Part shown: positions 29,383 through 38,691 of the stretch, piece after piece
How the letters are laid out: the number at the start of each line of letters is the position of its first letter
Numbering within the stretch: the first letter of the stretch is position 1
From: Candidatus Cryosericum sp.
GTDB lineage: Bacteria > Caldisericota > Caldisericia > Cryosericales > Cryosericaceae
Direction of reading: 5' to 3'
Assembly: GCA_036385275.1 (NCBI GenBank)
Contig: DASVKR010000010.1
Span: 1 to 44,489 of the forward strand
Length of the DNA: 44,489 nucleotides
Notes under the pieces: generated by a model
Database searches by the model: none
What the model was told of the DNA's origin: nothing
What the model saw: the letters and a program-made list of their open reading frames with translations, nothing else
Made by a program: the position numbers and the translations under genes

Positions 29383-30228
29383 ATGAACTCTACTGATTCA
29401 GCAGACGCGTGCGTTAGTGATTTTCGAAAGCGCTGGAGTATGACCCAGGTTCCTGCAGAGGCAATTGAGGACTTCCGAAACAGAGCGTTCGGGAGCATCA
29501 AGGAAGCCCTCGGAGGCTTGATACTAGATGATTCGTCGATATCGAACGCTTTCCTCCACGCGTTGGGGGAACCGGTGTCATCGGATGATTGGGGGTACAT
29601 CGACAAGCTGACGGAGACGCCACTCTGGCACGCTCTAGAGCGAAGAACTACCCTGCCCGACTTCGTTCTCGCACTTGAGGTTCTGTTTCACATCGGGTTG
29701 GATGGTCATATACAACAACAACTGGCGTGGCTGTTGCGCAAGGACATTGTGGCTTCAGGAGTACCAGTCTCGTGTGCCGAGAATAGTGGTTGCCTCACTT
29801 TCTACCCGGAGGGGGCGCGACTGCTTGATGAGCAGGTCATCAACGCTGATCTCACTTGGCTTGGTGCCTACCCGGAGGCTTTGAAGGCTTTTTCCGAGGC
29901 CCTCAGCGTCTACGGTTCGTCTGGTCAGCACAGACACATGCTTGATTGCCTCAGACTATGTATTGAAGAGCTAGCTAGGAAGGTGCTGGGGAATGAGTTG
30001 TCCCTGGAGAAGAACACCGTCGGTTTGTTGGCACTTCTTGAGCCCGTGCTAAGCAAGGAGACGCGGAACATGACTCGCGTGCTGCTCGACTACTACACCA
30101 GATATCAAAACGAACACGTCAAGCACCACGATGACTCGACTCCAGTCGAGGTCGCATTCATCCTGTATCTCACTGCGACATTCGTCTACCTGTTCATTGC
30201 GGCGCGTCGGGAAACCAGCCATGACTAG
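29383..30228 (+). CDS. Abi-like protein with C-terminal HEPN-like domain
   Basis: RBS GAGGAGG; LDCLRLCIEEL...LGN..SLE and YQNEHVKH...E..FILYLT..F. Confidence 0.7.
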   Translation: MNSTDSADACVSDFRKRWSMTQVPAEAIEDFRNRAFGSIKEALGGLILDDSSISNAFLHALGEPVSSDDWGYIDKLTETPLWHALERRTTLPDFVLALEVLFHIGLDGHIQQQLAWLLRKDIVASGVPVSCAENSGCLTFYPEGARLLDEQVINADLTWLGAYPEALKAFSEALSVYGSSGQHRHMLDCLRLCIEELARKVLGNELSLEKNTVGLLALLEPVLSKETRNMTRVLLDYYTRYQNEHVKHHDDSTPVEVAFILYLTATFVYLFIAARRETSHD

Positions 30229-30507
30229 CAATGCGACTGCATCGTGACCAGACCAGAGCGGAGGTTCCGGCGTGCACGTAGTTGAACTCGAACCCTCGCG
30301 GTCTTACGGTATGGGCTGGAGACAGTATGATGCGTTTGCCAAGGCGGTCCACAGATATCTGAGAAACTGTATAGGATATCTGGGCTGCTCTGCAGACCAT
30401 TCCAGTATGCGACTGCGACGACGGACCCATACTAGTCTCGAATAGCGAGGACGAAGCTAGAAGATGTGTAGACGGGCCCCTTGGACATTGACCGAGATTG
30501 TGCGCTG

Positions 30508-31242
30508 TTACACGCCTGCTCCGGAGCAAGGTGGGTTCGAGCCGTTCATGTTCACCCCTGGGAAGTCTCTCTCGTACTCGGGGATGCCCCGGAGGATCTC
30601 ATCGTAGTAGGGTTTCAGGATCCTCATGCCTAGAATTCTCGCGCAGATGTAGACCACCAGCGCGTCTCCGACAGTGAACATCCGATCCCTGTCCTCTCGC
30701 TGAGTGACCGCGTGCTTAGCCTGATTGTACAGTACGAGAGATGCATCAAGGCTCTCGGCCAGTCCATCGGTCACCAAACCGCGCTTCTTGAGGACGGCTA
30801 TGCTCTGTCCCAGCGTCAGTCTCTTGTAGCGGTTGGTGTCGAGAATGGAGCTCGTCCTGTTCACCCAGAACTTGGTCACAGCTTCCAGGTACATACCGGA
30901 ATTTCGGATAGACTCCCTCGCCGTGAGTGGGTTGCCGTGGTACTCGATTTCGGCAGCAGCATACTGTATTGGGCGGAACAACTCCCTGGCGATACCGCTA
31001 GGAAAAGGGTTTCCAAATGGCCTTAGAGGCATACAATAACCGCCGATGCCTCCGATTCGTGCATCGAGCTTCCAGAACGGAGTCAGATCGACCTTCAGAT
31101 CAGCACTCTCGATTCCTGCCGTGATATCTTCTGCTGTCCTCGAGAGTACCTCCACTTGATTCTTGCTGAGAAGTTGCTCGGCCAGTCGTTCTGATTCGTC
31201 CAAGAGACTAGTTCGAAGCATATCTCCCTCCACTGCAATCAT
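30508..31242 (-). CDS. Hypothetical protein with HEPN-like C-terminal region
   Basis: TLGQSI..L...YNQAKH...FT..DAL pattern. Confidence 0.65.
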   Translation of the reverse strand: MIAVEGDMLRTSLLDESERLAEQLLSKNQVEVLSRTAEDITAGIESADLKVDLTPFWKLDARIGGIGGYCMPLRPFGNPFPSGIARELFRPIQYAAAEIEYHGNPLTARESIRNSGMYLEAVTKFWVNRTSSILDTNRYKRLTLGQSIAVLKKRGLVTDGLAESLDASLVLYNQAKHAVTQREDRDRMFTVGDALVVYICARILGMRILKPYYDEILRGIPEYERDFPGVNMNGSNPPCSGAGV

Positions 31243-31457
31243 GTGCTAGTGCGTTCTCCCCTCCTGAGATCTTGCGTCGAGACTACTGCAAGTCTAGCAG
31301 GAACTCAAAATACACCCAATGGGTAAATGGTGCCCTGTCGCGCGGAGGGGTGTCGCCGAATTGGCGACTCATCACGGCTCCGCAGTATTCCGGTTCATTG
31401 CTGTGCCAAGTCTACACGGTATCATGTTCTTGAGGGATCAAGACAAGGGAGATACTC

Positions 31458-32369
31458 ATGGCCGAGCGGAAGGGCAAGGATCTTGAGATTCTGGTTGCAC
31501 AGCTTGAGTCAGCTCTTGCGGGCGAGAACGTCGTCATCACCTCCAACGAGGAGATAGCGGATGTCGTCACGGGGGAGCCGCGCGAGGTTGATGTCGCGGT
31601 TCGCACCGGAGTGGGCAGTTCGCAGCTACTTATCATAGTCGAATGCCGTGATCGGAAGGGGAGACAGGATGTTACGTGGATTGAAGGACTGGCCGCCAAG
31701 AGAACGAGTGTCGGTGCCGACAAGGCTGTCGCGGTTTCGCGCAACGGACTCAGTGATCCAGCGCTTCTGAAGGCGAAGGCTCTAGGAATCGCGGTAGCCA
31801 GCATAGAGGACATTTCTCTGGACGACATCAAGTCTTGGTGCAAACTCGATGGGCTGACGACACAGCAATACGCCGTGAGGTTCAAGGAGTTCTATGCCGA
31901 TCTTGGACTGCTGGCAGAGCAGAGCGGTTCGCTTCACAATCCGGTTATCGTTCGGAAGGTTTCTGGCGATCGTTGTTCCATGGCTGACGTCTGGAATAGC
32001 ATGCTAGAGACGCTGAAGGCGCAAGGCGATGACCTCTACGATGGGCTGGCACCTGACGGTCCCCATAGAGAGGCACAAGTCCAGGTGACGTACGCGAATC
32101 CAGCCGACTGCTACCAGATCGAGGTTGGGGGCCAAATGGTCGATGTCAAGCAATTCAGGGTAGACGCGGAGTTTTGGCTCCAGAACGTCGTTGTGCCTCC
32201 GACGCGGGTATTCACGTATGGACAGAATGGAGGTCCCGCCGTGGACGTGTTGGAATTCGATCAGGTGCCGGGACTAGGGCCGGAGCCGATGGGTCTTAGG
32301 ATTCAGCGCAACGCCGTCACTGGGATTGTTAGCGTCGTGCCTGTACGATCGAAGACGTCCGATCAGTAG
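31458..32369 (+). CDS. Mrr-like PD-(D/E)xK restriction endonuclease domain protein
   Basis: GKDLE..VA, REVDV, IIVECRD, GADKAVAVS..G....A...AK; RBS AGGGAG. Confidence 0.8.
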   Translation: MAERKGKDLEILVAQLESALAGENVVITSNEEIADVVTGEPREVDVAVRTGVGSSQLLIIVECRDRKGRQDVTWIEGLAAKRTSVGADKAVAVSRNGLSDPALLKAKALGIAVASIEDISLDDIKSWCKLDGLTTQQYAVRFKEFYADLGLLAEQSGSLHNPVIVRKVSGDRCSMADVWNSMLETLKAQGDDLYDGLAPDGPHREAQVQVTYANPADCYQIEVGGQMVDVKQFRVDAEFWLQNVVVPPTRVFTYGQNGGPAVDVLEFDQVPGLGPEPMGLRIQRNAVTGIVSVVPVRSKTSDQ

Positions 32370-32603
32370 CTCACGAACTGATAGACAGTAGCTGGATGCA
32401 CTTCTGCACAGGAGACTGGAGCGGTTCTGGCTACTGAGGCGGACTCTTCTCTCTGCTGCTCGGCCTGGGCGTTCTCTGCCACAGGGAGGGCGCTGAAACT
32501 CCACCAGTAGCGAGAGAAAGCGAGGAAGCACGCTGGAGAAGAGTAGCACATCTGAAACGAAGGTAGTGCTTATGTGGTATTCAGGAAGTCACGTAGTACG
32601 GGA

Positions 32604-32912
32604 GTGGAGATAGTGACCTCAAACCACTGTGACGGTGCTGCGTTACGGCATCGCCTCGCATCCAGACTGCTTGAACGCAGGAGCCTCAGACAGTCCCAGG
32701 CAAGTCCCGCTCCGGAGAATATGCTGGTCACCCCGGTCCTCCTGACTGAGCACTTAGCGGCACGGACTACTCATCTTTCATTGAGAGTGCAACCAGCTAG
32801 GTGAGATCCGGGTGTGTGTGCTTGACACAATATCAAACGCGGCGTCAGACCGGAGGGCTGATTCTCTTGGGGAGTTGCTATTGATGATCTGCCATCCCCG
32901 TCATCAACAGCT
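32604..32912 (+). repeat. att-like site, family B with ~300-bp arm
   Basis: GTGGAGATAG core; reads VEIVTSN...ASRLLE...P.L...LAAR..HLS.R.Q, colinear with 18344-18544. Confidence 0.8.
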
Positions 32913-32932
32913 AGTGTATCAACGGGTCAACA

Positions 32933-33038
32933 GGGGTCGGACCACGCTGGCGAACGCCCGTCATCAAAACCCGAGAGCGTAGTGGTTGACGCTCTTGCGG
33001 ATACCTTGTTGCAGGTCCGATGCTCGCACACCGAGTGA
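32933..33038 (+). repeat. Family-A arm lacking the tRNA core
   Basis: GGACCACGCTGGCGAA at 32939-32954; reads DHAGERPSSKPESVVVDALADTLLQVR. Confidence 0.85.
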
Positions 33039-33109
33039 CGTCCCGCGCATGCAACTGTGATGTCACTGTGTCCGAGATGACTGATGCCACCTACCAGGCG
33101 GGAAATCTG

Positions 33110-33838
33110 CTAGTACCTGAAGCTGTCCAGCATCTTGCGTAGAACCTGCTGGACTTCGACCACATACGCAAAGCAGTCGCTGGCCGACTGCATCGTGATG
33201 GCATTTCGGTGAGCGGACGGGTTGCGGTACTTGTTCACGATCCGGTCTATGCTGTCGGCATAGTCAAGCATCATTAGCTGGATATCCTCGTCGTCGTACT
33301 TCGCATCGAACAACCGCTCCTTGGCGTATTCAAGGAACGCAGTCCAGTTCTTCTCCCTGTCTGCCACCGCAGACGGCTTGTCAGTCTTGGTCGGAAATGC
33401 CCCAAGGATGAAGGGGTAGCTTCCAAGAGTAATCTTCTTGCCTTGCTTGACCGAATACGTTCTGACTCCACGCCTTTCCACCGCATCCACAATCTCCGGA
33501 GGCCATTTGGCTCCTTCCACTTCAATTGGGTGCCTACTCGTGACATGCACCACGTAGTCTGAGAAGAACCGCATGAATAGCTCGTACTCCACTGCTTTGG
33601 TGACAAGTATGCATACTCCCGAGTAGTCGACTGCGTTCTTCAGGTTCGCAAGAGCACCGAACGTCATCTTCGCTGAGACCAGACATGCCCTTGCCGGCTC
33701 ACTGAGCTTGTTCCATGCATCCCCCAGCATCAGGGCGAGTAGTTCTTTGTGATGGACGTAGTCTGTTTCAGAACGGACACTGGAGTAGTCGTCGCGGATC
33801 TTCTTCACGCACTGATCAGTGAAGGTTCCCATTAGCAT
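33110..33838 (-). CDS. HEPN-like protein, possibly 5'-truncated
   Basis: DYS.VCI...KAVEYEL, ITLGS, YRNPSAH; frame stays open upstream to 33994 with no ATG/GTG/TTG. Confidence 0.7.
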   Translation of the reverse strand: MLMGTFTDQCVKKIRDDYSSVRSETDYVHHKELLALMLGDAWNKLSEPARACLVSAKMTFGALANLKNAVDYSGVCILVTKAVEYELFMRFFSDYVVHVTSRHPIEVEGAKWPPEIVDAVERRGVRTYSVKQGKKITLGSYPFILGAFPTKTDKPSAVADREKNWTAFLEYAKERLFDAKYDDEDIQLMMLDYADSIDRIVNKYRNPSAHRNAITMQSASDCFAYVVEVQQVLRKMLDSFRY

Positions 33839-34004
33839 TTCTCGTGACTCAAGATCGGAAATGTTCTTGAGATGGCTGTCTACAAGTTCCTGATAATCGG
33901 AAATGCAGTTGGTGATGCCTGCGAGGGTTTGCTGGATGGCATCAAGCTTGCGGTTTGACTCGCTTACACCCCCGGCTACGCCATAGCACAGAGCCTACCT
34001 GTAG

Positions 34005-34047
34005 GCACGACGAGAAGCTCGCCTTTCTGGCGGGTTTCTTGTTGTGC
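34005..34047 (+). other. 19-bp hairpin, fully paired with G:U wobble on the + strand
   Basis: GCACGACGAGAAGCTCGCC-TTTCT-GGCGGGTTTCTTGTTGTGC. Confidence 0.6.
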
Positions 34048-34247
34048 GATAGCAAAACACGTATTGATAGCGTCAGGAGGTCTTGAGCGTATTCGTGGAA
34101 GTCGCACGGCCAAACCTGTGCCACCAATCAGCGTCGCTCAGACCAAATTGGTTCCCCGCCATTGCGTTTGCTTCAACTCGATCTGCGCACGGAGGGGAGT
34201 CGGTGGAGTCTGAAGATAGAACTGCAAACGCAGTATTGATGAGGCTT

Positions 34248-34323
34248 TGGTGGAGATAGGGGGGCTCGAACCCCCGACCTCCTGCATGCCATGCAGGCGC
34301 TCTCCCAGCTGAGCTATATCCCC
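34248..34323 (-). tRNA. tRNA-Ala (anticodon GGC)
   Basis: 76-nt cloverleaf GGGGATA...CCTGC-ATGGCAT-GCAGG...TTCGA...TATCTCCACCA, G3:U70 pair, encoded CCA. Confidence 0.98.
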
Positions 34324-34346
34324 ACGTCTTGGAAACGAACAGTGAA

Positions 34347-34374
34347 AGTATAGCGGGAAGGCCCTGAGTGTCAA
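34347..34374 (-). promoter_or_regulatory. sigma70-type promoter of tRNA-Ala
   Basis: Minus strand TTGACA-16bp-TATACT. Confidence 0.7.
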
Positions 34375-34452
34375 CCAGAGACGGCACGATTCGCGTTGCA
34401 GGCCGGTCGTGCTAGTATAAGTGCCTGACTGAAGACGTCTGAGAGGTGAGAC

Positions 34453-34920
34453 ATGCGGGCAGTAGTGCAACGAGTGAGCAGTGCGTCGGTCGCCGTGGAC
34501 GGCAAGCAGGTCGGACATATTGGAGCGGGGTTGCTGGTGTTGCTCGGGGTAGCTCCTGACGACGGCCCCGATGACATCGCCTTCATGGTGCGCAAGTTGA
34601 GTGGTCTGCGCATCTTCGCAGACGCAGACGGTCTGATGAACCGCTCGGTGGCAGATATCAAAGGTTCCTTTCTTGTCGTCAGCCAGTTCACGCTCTATGG
34701 AGACGTGGCTCGCGGCAACCGACCCAGCTTCACGGGTGCTGCACCGGGAGCATATGCCGATGAGATCTATCGGGACGTGTGCACAGGACTGCAGAGTCAG
34801 GGATTGGACGTGCAGAAGGGCATTTTCGGGGCACACATGGAAGTCAACCTGGTGAACGACGGCCCGGTCACCATCATTATCGTGACGGACAGCCGCAAGA
34901 AGCGACCTCAGCAAGGTTGA
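34453..34920 (+). CDS. dtd: D-aminoacyl-tRNA deacylase
   Basis: MRAVVQRV, SQFTL, GNRPSF, NDGPVT motifs. Confidence 0.97.
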   Translation: MRAVVQRVSSASVAVDGKQVGHIGAGLLVLLGVAPDDGPDDIAFMVRKLSGLRIFADADGLMNRSVADIKGSFLVVSQFTLYGDVARGNRPSFTGAAPGAYADEIYRDVCTGLQSQGLDVQKGIFGAHMEVNLVNDGPVTIIIVTDSRKKRPQQG

Positions 34921-34934
34921 CAGCTCTGTAAGCG

Positions 34935-34964
34935 AAAAGCCGGAGCGGTTGCCCCGGCTTCTTT
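34935..34964. terminator. Probable bidirectional terminator between dtd and the aminotransferase
   Basis: AAAAGCCGG...CCGGCTTCTTT. Confidence 0.65.
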
Positions 34965-34988
34965 CAATGTTGGTGCAGATCCAGACGA

Positions 34989-36305
34989 CTAGCGCGATGC
35001 GTTGGCGCGAGCGACGGCCGTCTCCATGACAGCGAAGGCTTCTTCCAGCTGCTGGTCCGTGATCTCAAGCGAGACCAGCATTCGGATGCAGTTGCCATAG
35101 ATACCCGAGCCGGCCACAAGGACACCGTTGTGCAGACATTCCTTGATGATCTGGCCGTTCAACTGAGTTGCGGGTTCCCGCGTCGTGCGGTCCTTGACGA
35201 ACTCGAGGGCCTGCATGGCGCCTATGCCACGGACATCGCCAATGATCTCGTACTTTTCTTTCCAGGCATCCCAGTGACTGCGAATGAGCTTGCCAAGAGC
35301 AACAGCGCGGTCGAGCAAGTGCTCGTCCTCGATGATGTCGATAACTTCGCTGGCCGCGCGGCATGCAACAGGGTTGCCAACATAGGTGCCACCGATGCTG
35401 CTGCCTGGCAGCTTGTCCATGATGTCTTTCCGGGCGATGACCGCTGACAGCGGCATGCCGGCTGCCAAGGACTTGGCTGTGCAGATGATGTCCGGGACGA
35501 CATTCCAGTTCTCGATGGAGAAGAACTTGCCGGTACGGCCGACGCCGGCCTGGATTTCGTCGACGACGAGAAGGATGCCGTACTTCTTCGAAACCTCGCG
35601 CAGCATCTCGAGGAAACCATCAGTCGGGACGCGGAATCCACCCTCACCCTGAACGGGCTCGACGACAAAGCAGGCGACCGTCGAAGGATCGACATACGTC
35701 GTCAGGAGCTTTTCCCACTCCTCGATCGTAATAGACGGATGATACGGGGTGACGAACGGCATGCGATAGACGTCTGGCGCGAAGGGGCCAAAACCCGTCT
35801 TGTAGGGCTTCGCCTTATGGGTCATGGTCATCGTGAGGAGCGTGCGTCCGTGGAATGCACGGTCGAACACGACGACGCCGGTCCGACCGGTGACGTGGCG
35901 CGCAATCTTGACTGCGTTCTCGATGGCCTCGGCGCCATTGTTGAACAAAGCTACCGACTTCTCGAAGTCGCCAGGAGCGAGCTTGGCAAGCTTCTCACAA
36001 ACGGTGAGGTACGGCTCGTATGGGACTGACGTGAAGTCCGTGTGCAGGAAGTGCTCCGCCTGGTCCTTGATGGCAGCGGTAACGCGAGGATGTGAGTGTC
36101 CGACCGCCAGGCAGCCCCAGCCGCCGGTAAGGTCGATAAAGGTGTTGCCGTCGACGTCGGTTACCAGTGCCCCATGTCCCTCAGCGATCCAGGCAGGCGA
36201 CAGGGCATCGCACATCGGTGCAGCGACGACCTTGGCCCCCCTCTTGGCAAGCTCGATGGATTTCGGTCCAGGGATTGCCGTCTTGAGTGATATGAACGTT
36301 CCCAT
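34989..36305 (-). CDS. gabT: Class III PLP aminotransferase, 4-aminobutyrate aminotransferase-like
   Basis: DVDGN.FID, GAEAIENAVKIAR, FHGRT, EPVQGEGG, DEIQ.G.GRTG, AKSLA.GMPLS. Confidence 0.85.
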   Translation of the reverse strand: MGTFISLKTAIPGPKSIELAKRGAKVVAAPMCDALSPAWIAEGHGALVTDVDGNTFIDLTGGWGCLAVGHSHPRVTAAIKDQAEHFLHTDFTSVPYEPYLTVCEKLAKLAPGDFEKSVALFNNGAEAIENAVKIARHVTGRTGVVVFDRAFHGRTLLTMTMTHKAKPYKTGFGPFAPDVYRMPFVTPYHPSITIEEWEKLLTTYVDPSTVACFVVEPVQGEGGFRVPTDGFLEMLREVSKKYGILLVVDEIQAGVGRTGKFFSIENWNVVPDIICTAKSLAAGMPLSAVIARKDIMDKLPGSSIGGTYVGNPVACRAASEVIDIIEDEHLLDRAVALGKLIRSHWDAWKEKYEIIGDVRGIGAMQALEFVKDRTTREPATQLNGQIIKECLHNGVLVAGSGIYGNCIRMLVSLEITDQQLEEAFAVMETAVARANASR

Positions 36306-36587
36306 GATAACCTCCCTTTCTCTCTCGACGAAAACGGCTTAATGATTCGCTTTCTCGGGTACTCTCAGGATATGGAGATGGTGACCGTTGTCAACGAAGT
36401 CCGTACCGAAGTCCGGTCTCGGGGACGTTTCTGAGCTTTTCGATCTTCTCCTTCCAGCGCCCGGGCGTTGTCTGGCCTTTGGAGAGTCATGTTGTCTGTC
36501 TCCTGTTTCGGACTATCATTGGGTAGCCTCCGGCGCGCATTGTATACCGGTCGAGCTGTTGTACATCATGAATGAGGAGGCCTGGCC

Positions 36588-37328
36588 ATGCTGGTACTCG
36601 GACACAGAGGGGAGCCTCGACTAGCTCCCGAGAACACGGTGGCTTCGTTCGCGCTTGTACGCGACGATCTGGACCACGGCGTCGACGGTGCCGAATGCGA
36701 TGTTCAGATGACGAAGGATGGAGAACTGGTTGTCATCCATGACGAAAACGTCGACAGGACCACGGACGGCCATGGCTGGGTGAAGGATTTCACACTGCAG
36801 GAGATCCGCAAGTTCGATGCTGGCGTTCGGTTTCCCGGTCCGCTGCACCACGAGCCGATTCCTACAATGCGGGAGGTCTTCGAGGTTTTCGACGGGACGC
36901 GGGCAACCCTCAACGTCGAGCTCAAAAATTCGGAGATCGCGTACGAGGGGATGGAAGAACGCTTGCTGGAACTGGCAAGCAGGTATTCGTTGAATGTCAT
37001 CTACTCTTCATTCAATATCCAGAGCATGGGGGTCATTCGCAAGCTGGACGCCAAGGCGCGGACTGGGCTGTTGTACGCACCATGGCTGATCAAGGCTCCA
37101 GACGTGGTTGCAGCTGCTCGTGAGCTGGGCGCCAACGCAATCCATCCTTACGTTCTCAACACGCTCGACGGGCTCATTCGTGAAGTACACGAGGCTGGTC
37201 TGGAAATTGCGCCATGGACCGTCGACCTGAGCGTGCTCGTGCGCCATTTTGCTGCCTCGGGGGTCGAGAGCGTCATCAGCAATGACCCGCGCATGGCAGC
37301 GGAGGCTATTGCCGGAGGGAGGGGATGA
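36588..37328 (+). CDS. Glycerophosphodiester phosphodiesterase
   Basis: HRG...PENT, E.DVQ.TKDG..VV.HD...DRTT, NVELK, WTV. Confidence 0.92.
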   Translation: MLVLGHRGEPRLAPENTVASFALVRDDLDHGVDGAECDVQMTKDGELVVIHDENVDRTTDGHGWVKDFTLQEIRKFDAGVRFPGPLHHEPIPTMREVFEVFDGTRATLNVELKNSEIAYEGMEERLLELASRYSLNVIYSSFNIQSMGVIRKLDAKARTGLLYAPWLIKAPDVVAAARELGANAIHPYVLNTLDGLIREVHEAGLEIAPWTVDLSVLVRHFAASGVESVISNDPRMAAEAIAGGRG

Positions 37329-38602
37329 TGCTTGATCTGATTGTTCGCAACGCGAGGCTCCGCGCGAATGAGTCCCTGATGGACATCGGTGTCCGGGACG
37401 GTCTGTTTGAGAGCGTTCAGCCCGGGCTGTCTGCGGACGCATCTGAAACCATCGATGCGGCTGGATGTTTCGTGACACCTCCGTTTGTCGAGTCGCATGT
37501 CCACCTCGATACGACGCTCACGGCGGGCGAGCCTCATTGGAACGAGAGCGGCACGCTGTTCGAGGGGATCGAGCGCTGGTCCGAGAGGAAGGCACTGCTG
37601 ACCGAAGAGGATGTCGTGCGCCGAGCCACCAAGGCGATCGAGTGGCAGGTTTCGCATGGTATCCTGCACATCCGATCACATGTGGACATCTGTGACCCCA
37701 AGTTGACTGCCCTGCGGGCGCTGATCGAAGTCAGGCGCGTCATGGCGCCATTCGTCGACATTCAGCTGGTGGCGTTCCCCCAGGACAGCATTCTGGGGTT
37801 CGAGGGCGGAGCAGTGCTGCTCGAAGAGGCCCTCCGCCTGGGTGCGGATGCTGTTGGAGGTATCCCTCACTATGAACTGACACGTGAGGACGGTGTCGAG
37901 TCTCTGAAGATCATCTTTGCGCTGGCTGAGAAGTACGGGAAGCTGATCGATGTGCACTGCGACGAGATCGACGATGAACAGTCTCGCTTTGTTGAGGTCA
38001 TGTCGGCTCTTGCTTTGCGCACGGGGATGCGCGACCGGGTTACCGCAAGCCACACGACCGCCATGCACAGCTACAACGGTGCGTATGCGTCGAAACTTCT
38101 GAGATTCTGTGCAAAGAGCGGCATCAACTTCGTCGCGAATCCCCTGGTGAACATCCATCTTCAGGGCCGCTTCGACACGTATCCCAAGCGACGCGGTCTG
38201 ACGCGGGTCAAGGAGATGGCGGCCATGGGCATCAATGTCAGTCTTGGTCATGACGACATCCTTGATCCATGGTACCCGATGGGGACCGGGAGCATGCTGG
38301 ACGTGGCACATATGGCGGTGCATGTCGCCCAGATGACGGGAAGGGAAGAGATGCGTTCCGTGTTTCACATGGTAACGGATGCTGGAGCCCGTACATTGCA
38401 CGTTCAGGATTCCTACGGCATTGAAGCGGGGAAGCCGGCAGACCTGGTCATTCTGGACGCTCTCGACGAGCTTGATGCCTTGCGGCGGCAATCGGTCGCC
38501 CGACTTGTCCTGAGCAAGGGAAAGGTCGTCGCACGAACGACGCCGGCCGAAACCACTGTTCTCCTGCAGGGCACTTCGCATCCGATTGATTACTTACGGT
38601 AG
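37325..38602 (+). CDS. codA: Cytosine deaminase
   Basis: [53 protein letters not shown]. Confidence 0.93.
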   Translation: MMLDLIVRNARLRANESLMDIGVRDGLFESVQPGLSADASETIDAAGCFVTPPFVESHVHLDTTLTAGEPHWNESGTLFEGIERWSERKALLTEEDVVRRATKAIEWQVSHGILHIRSHVDICDPKLTALRALIEVRRVMAPFVDIQLVAFPQDSILGFEGGAVLLEEALRLGADAVGGIPHYELTREDGVESLKIIFALAEKYGKLIDVHCDEIDDEQSRFVEVMSALALRTGMRDRVTASHTTAMHSYNGAYASKLLRFCAKSGINFVANPLVNIHLQGRFDTYPKRRGLTRVKEMAAMGINVSLGHDDILDPWYPMGTGSMLDVAHMAVHVAQMTGREEMRSVFHMVTDAGARTLHVQDSYGIEAGKPADLVILDALDELDALRRQSVARLVLSKGKVVARTTPAETTVLLQGTSHPIDYLR

Positions 38603-38638
38603 AAAGAACAATAGACTGGATTCCAGGTTGTGCGACCA

Positions 38639-38668
38639 GACAGCCGGCTCACCCAAGAGCCGGCTGTC
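38639..38668. terminator. Perfect 12-bp hairpin between convergent genes
   Basis: GACAGCCGGCTC-ACCCAA-GAGCCGGCTGTC. Confidence 0.65.
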
Positions 38669-38691
38669 AGCATTCCAAGGCAGCGAGGGCG

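Larger units (their letters stand above)
6494..34262. mobile_element. tRNA-Ala-linked tandem island / cassette array with LSR at the distal end
   Basis: Direct repeat of the tRNA 3' end at 7931 and 34247, multiple same-orientation internal copies, defence-type cargo, core genes resume beyond the tRNA. Confidence 0.85.

Noticed and set aside
31325-31340. AAATGGTGCCC as the 3' end of another tRNA type
   Set aside because: Too short, with no supporting arm or matching tRNA in the window
7931-33038. CRISPR array or classical integron (attC) interpretation of the dispersed repeats
   Set aside because: Spacing is irregular and mostly kb-scale, no cas or tyrosine integrase gene, no attC-type palindromes seen, and cargo occurs in both orientations
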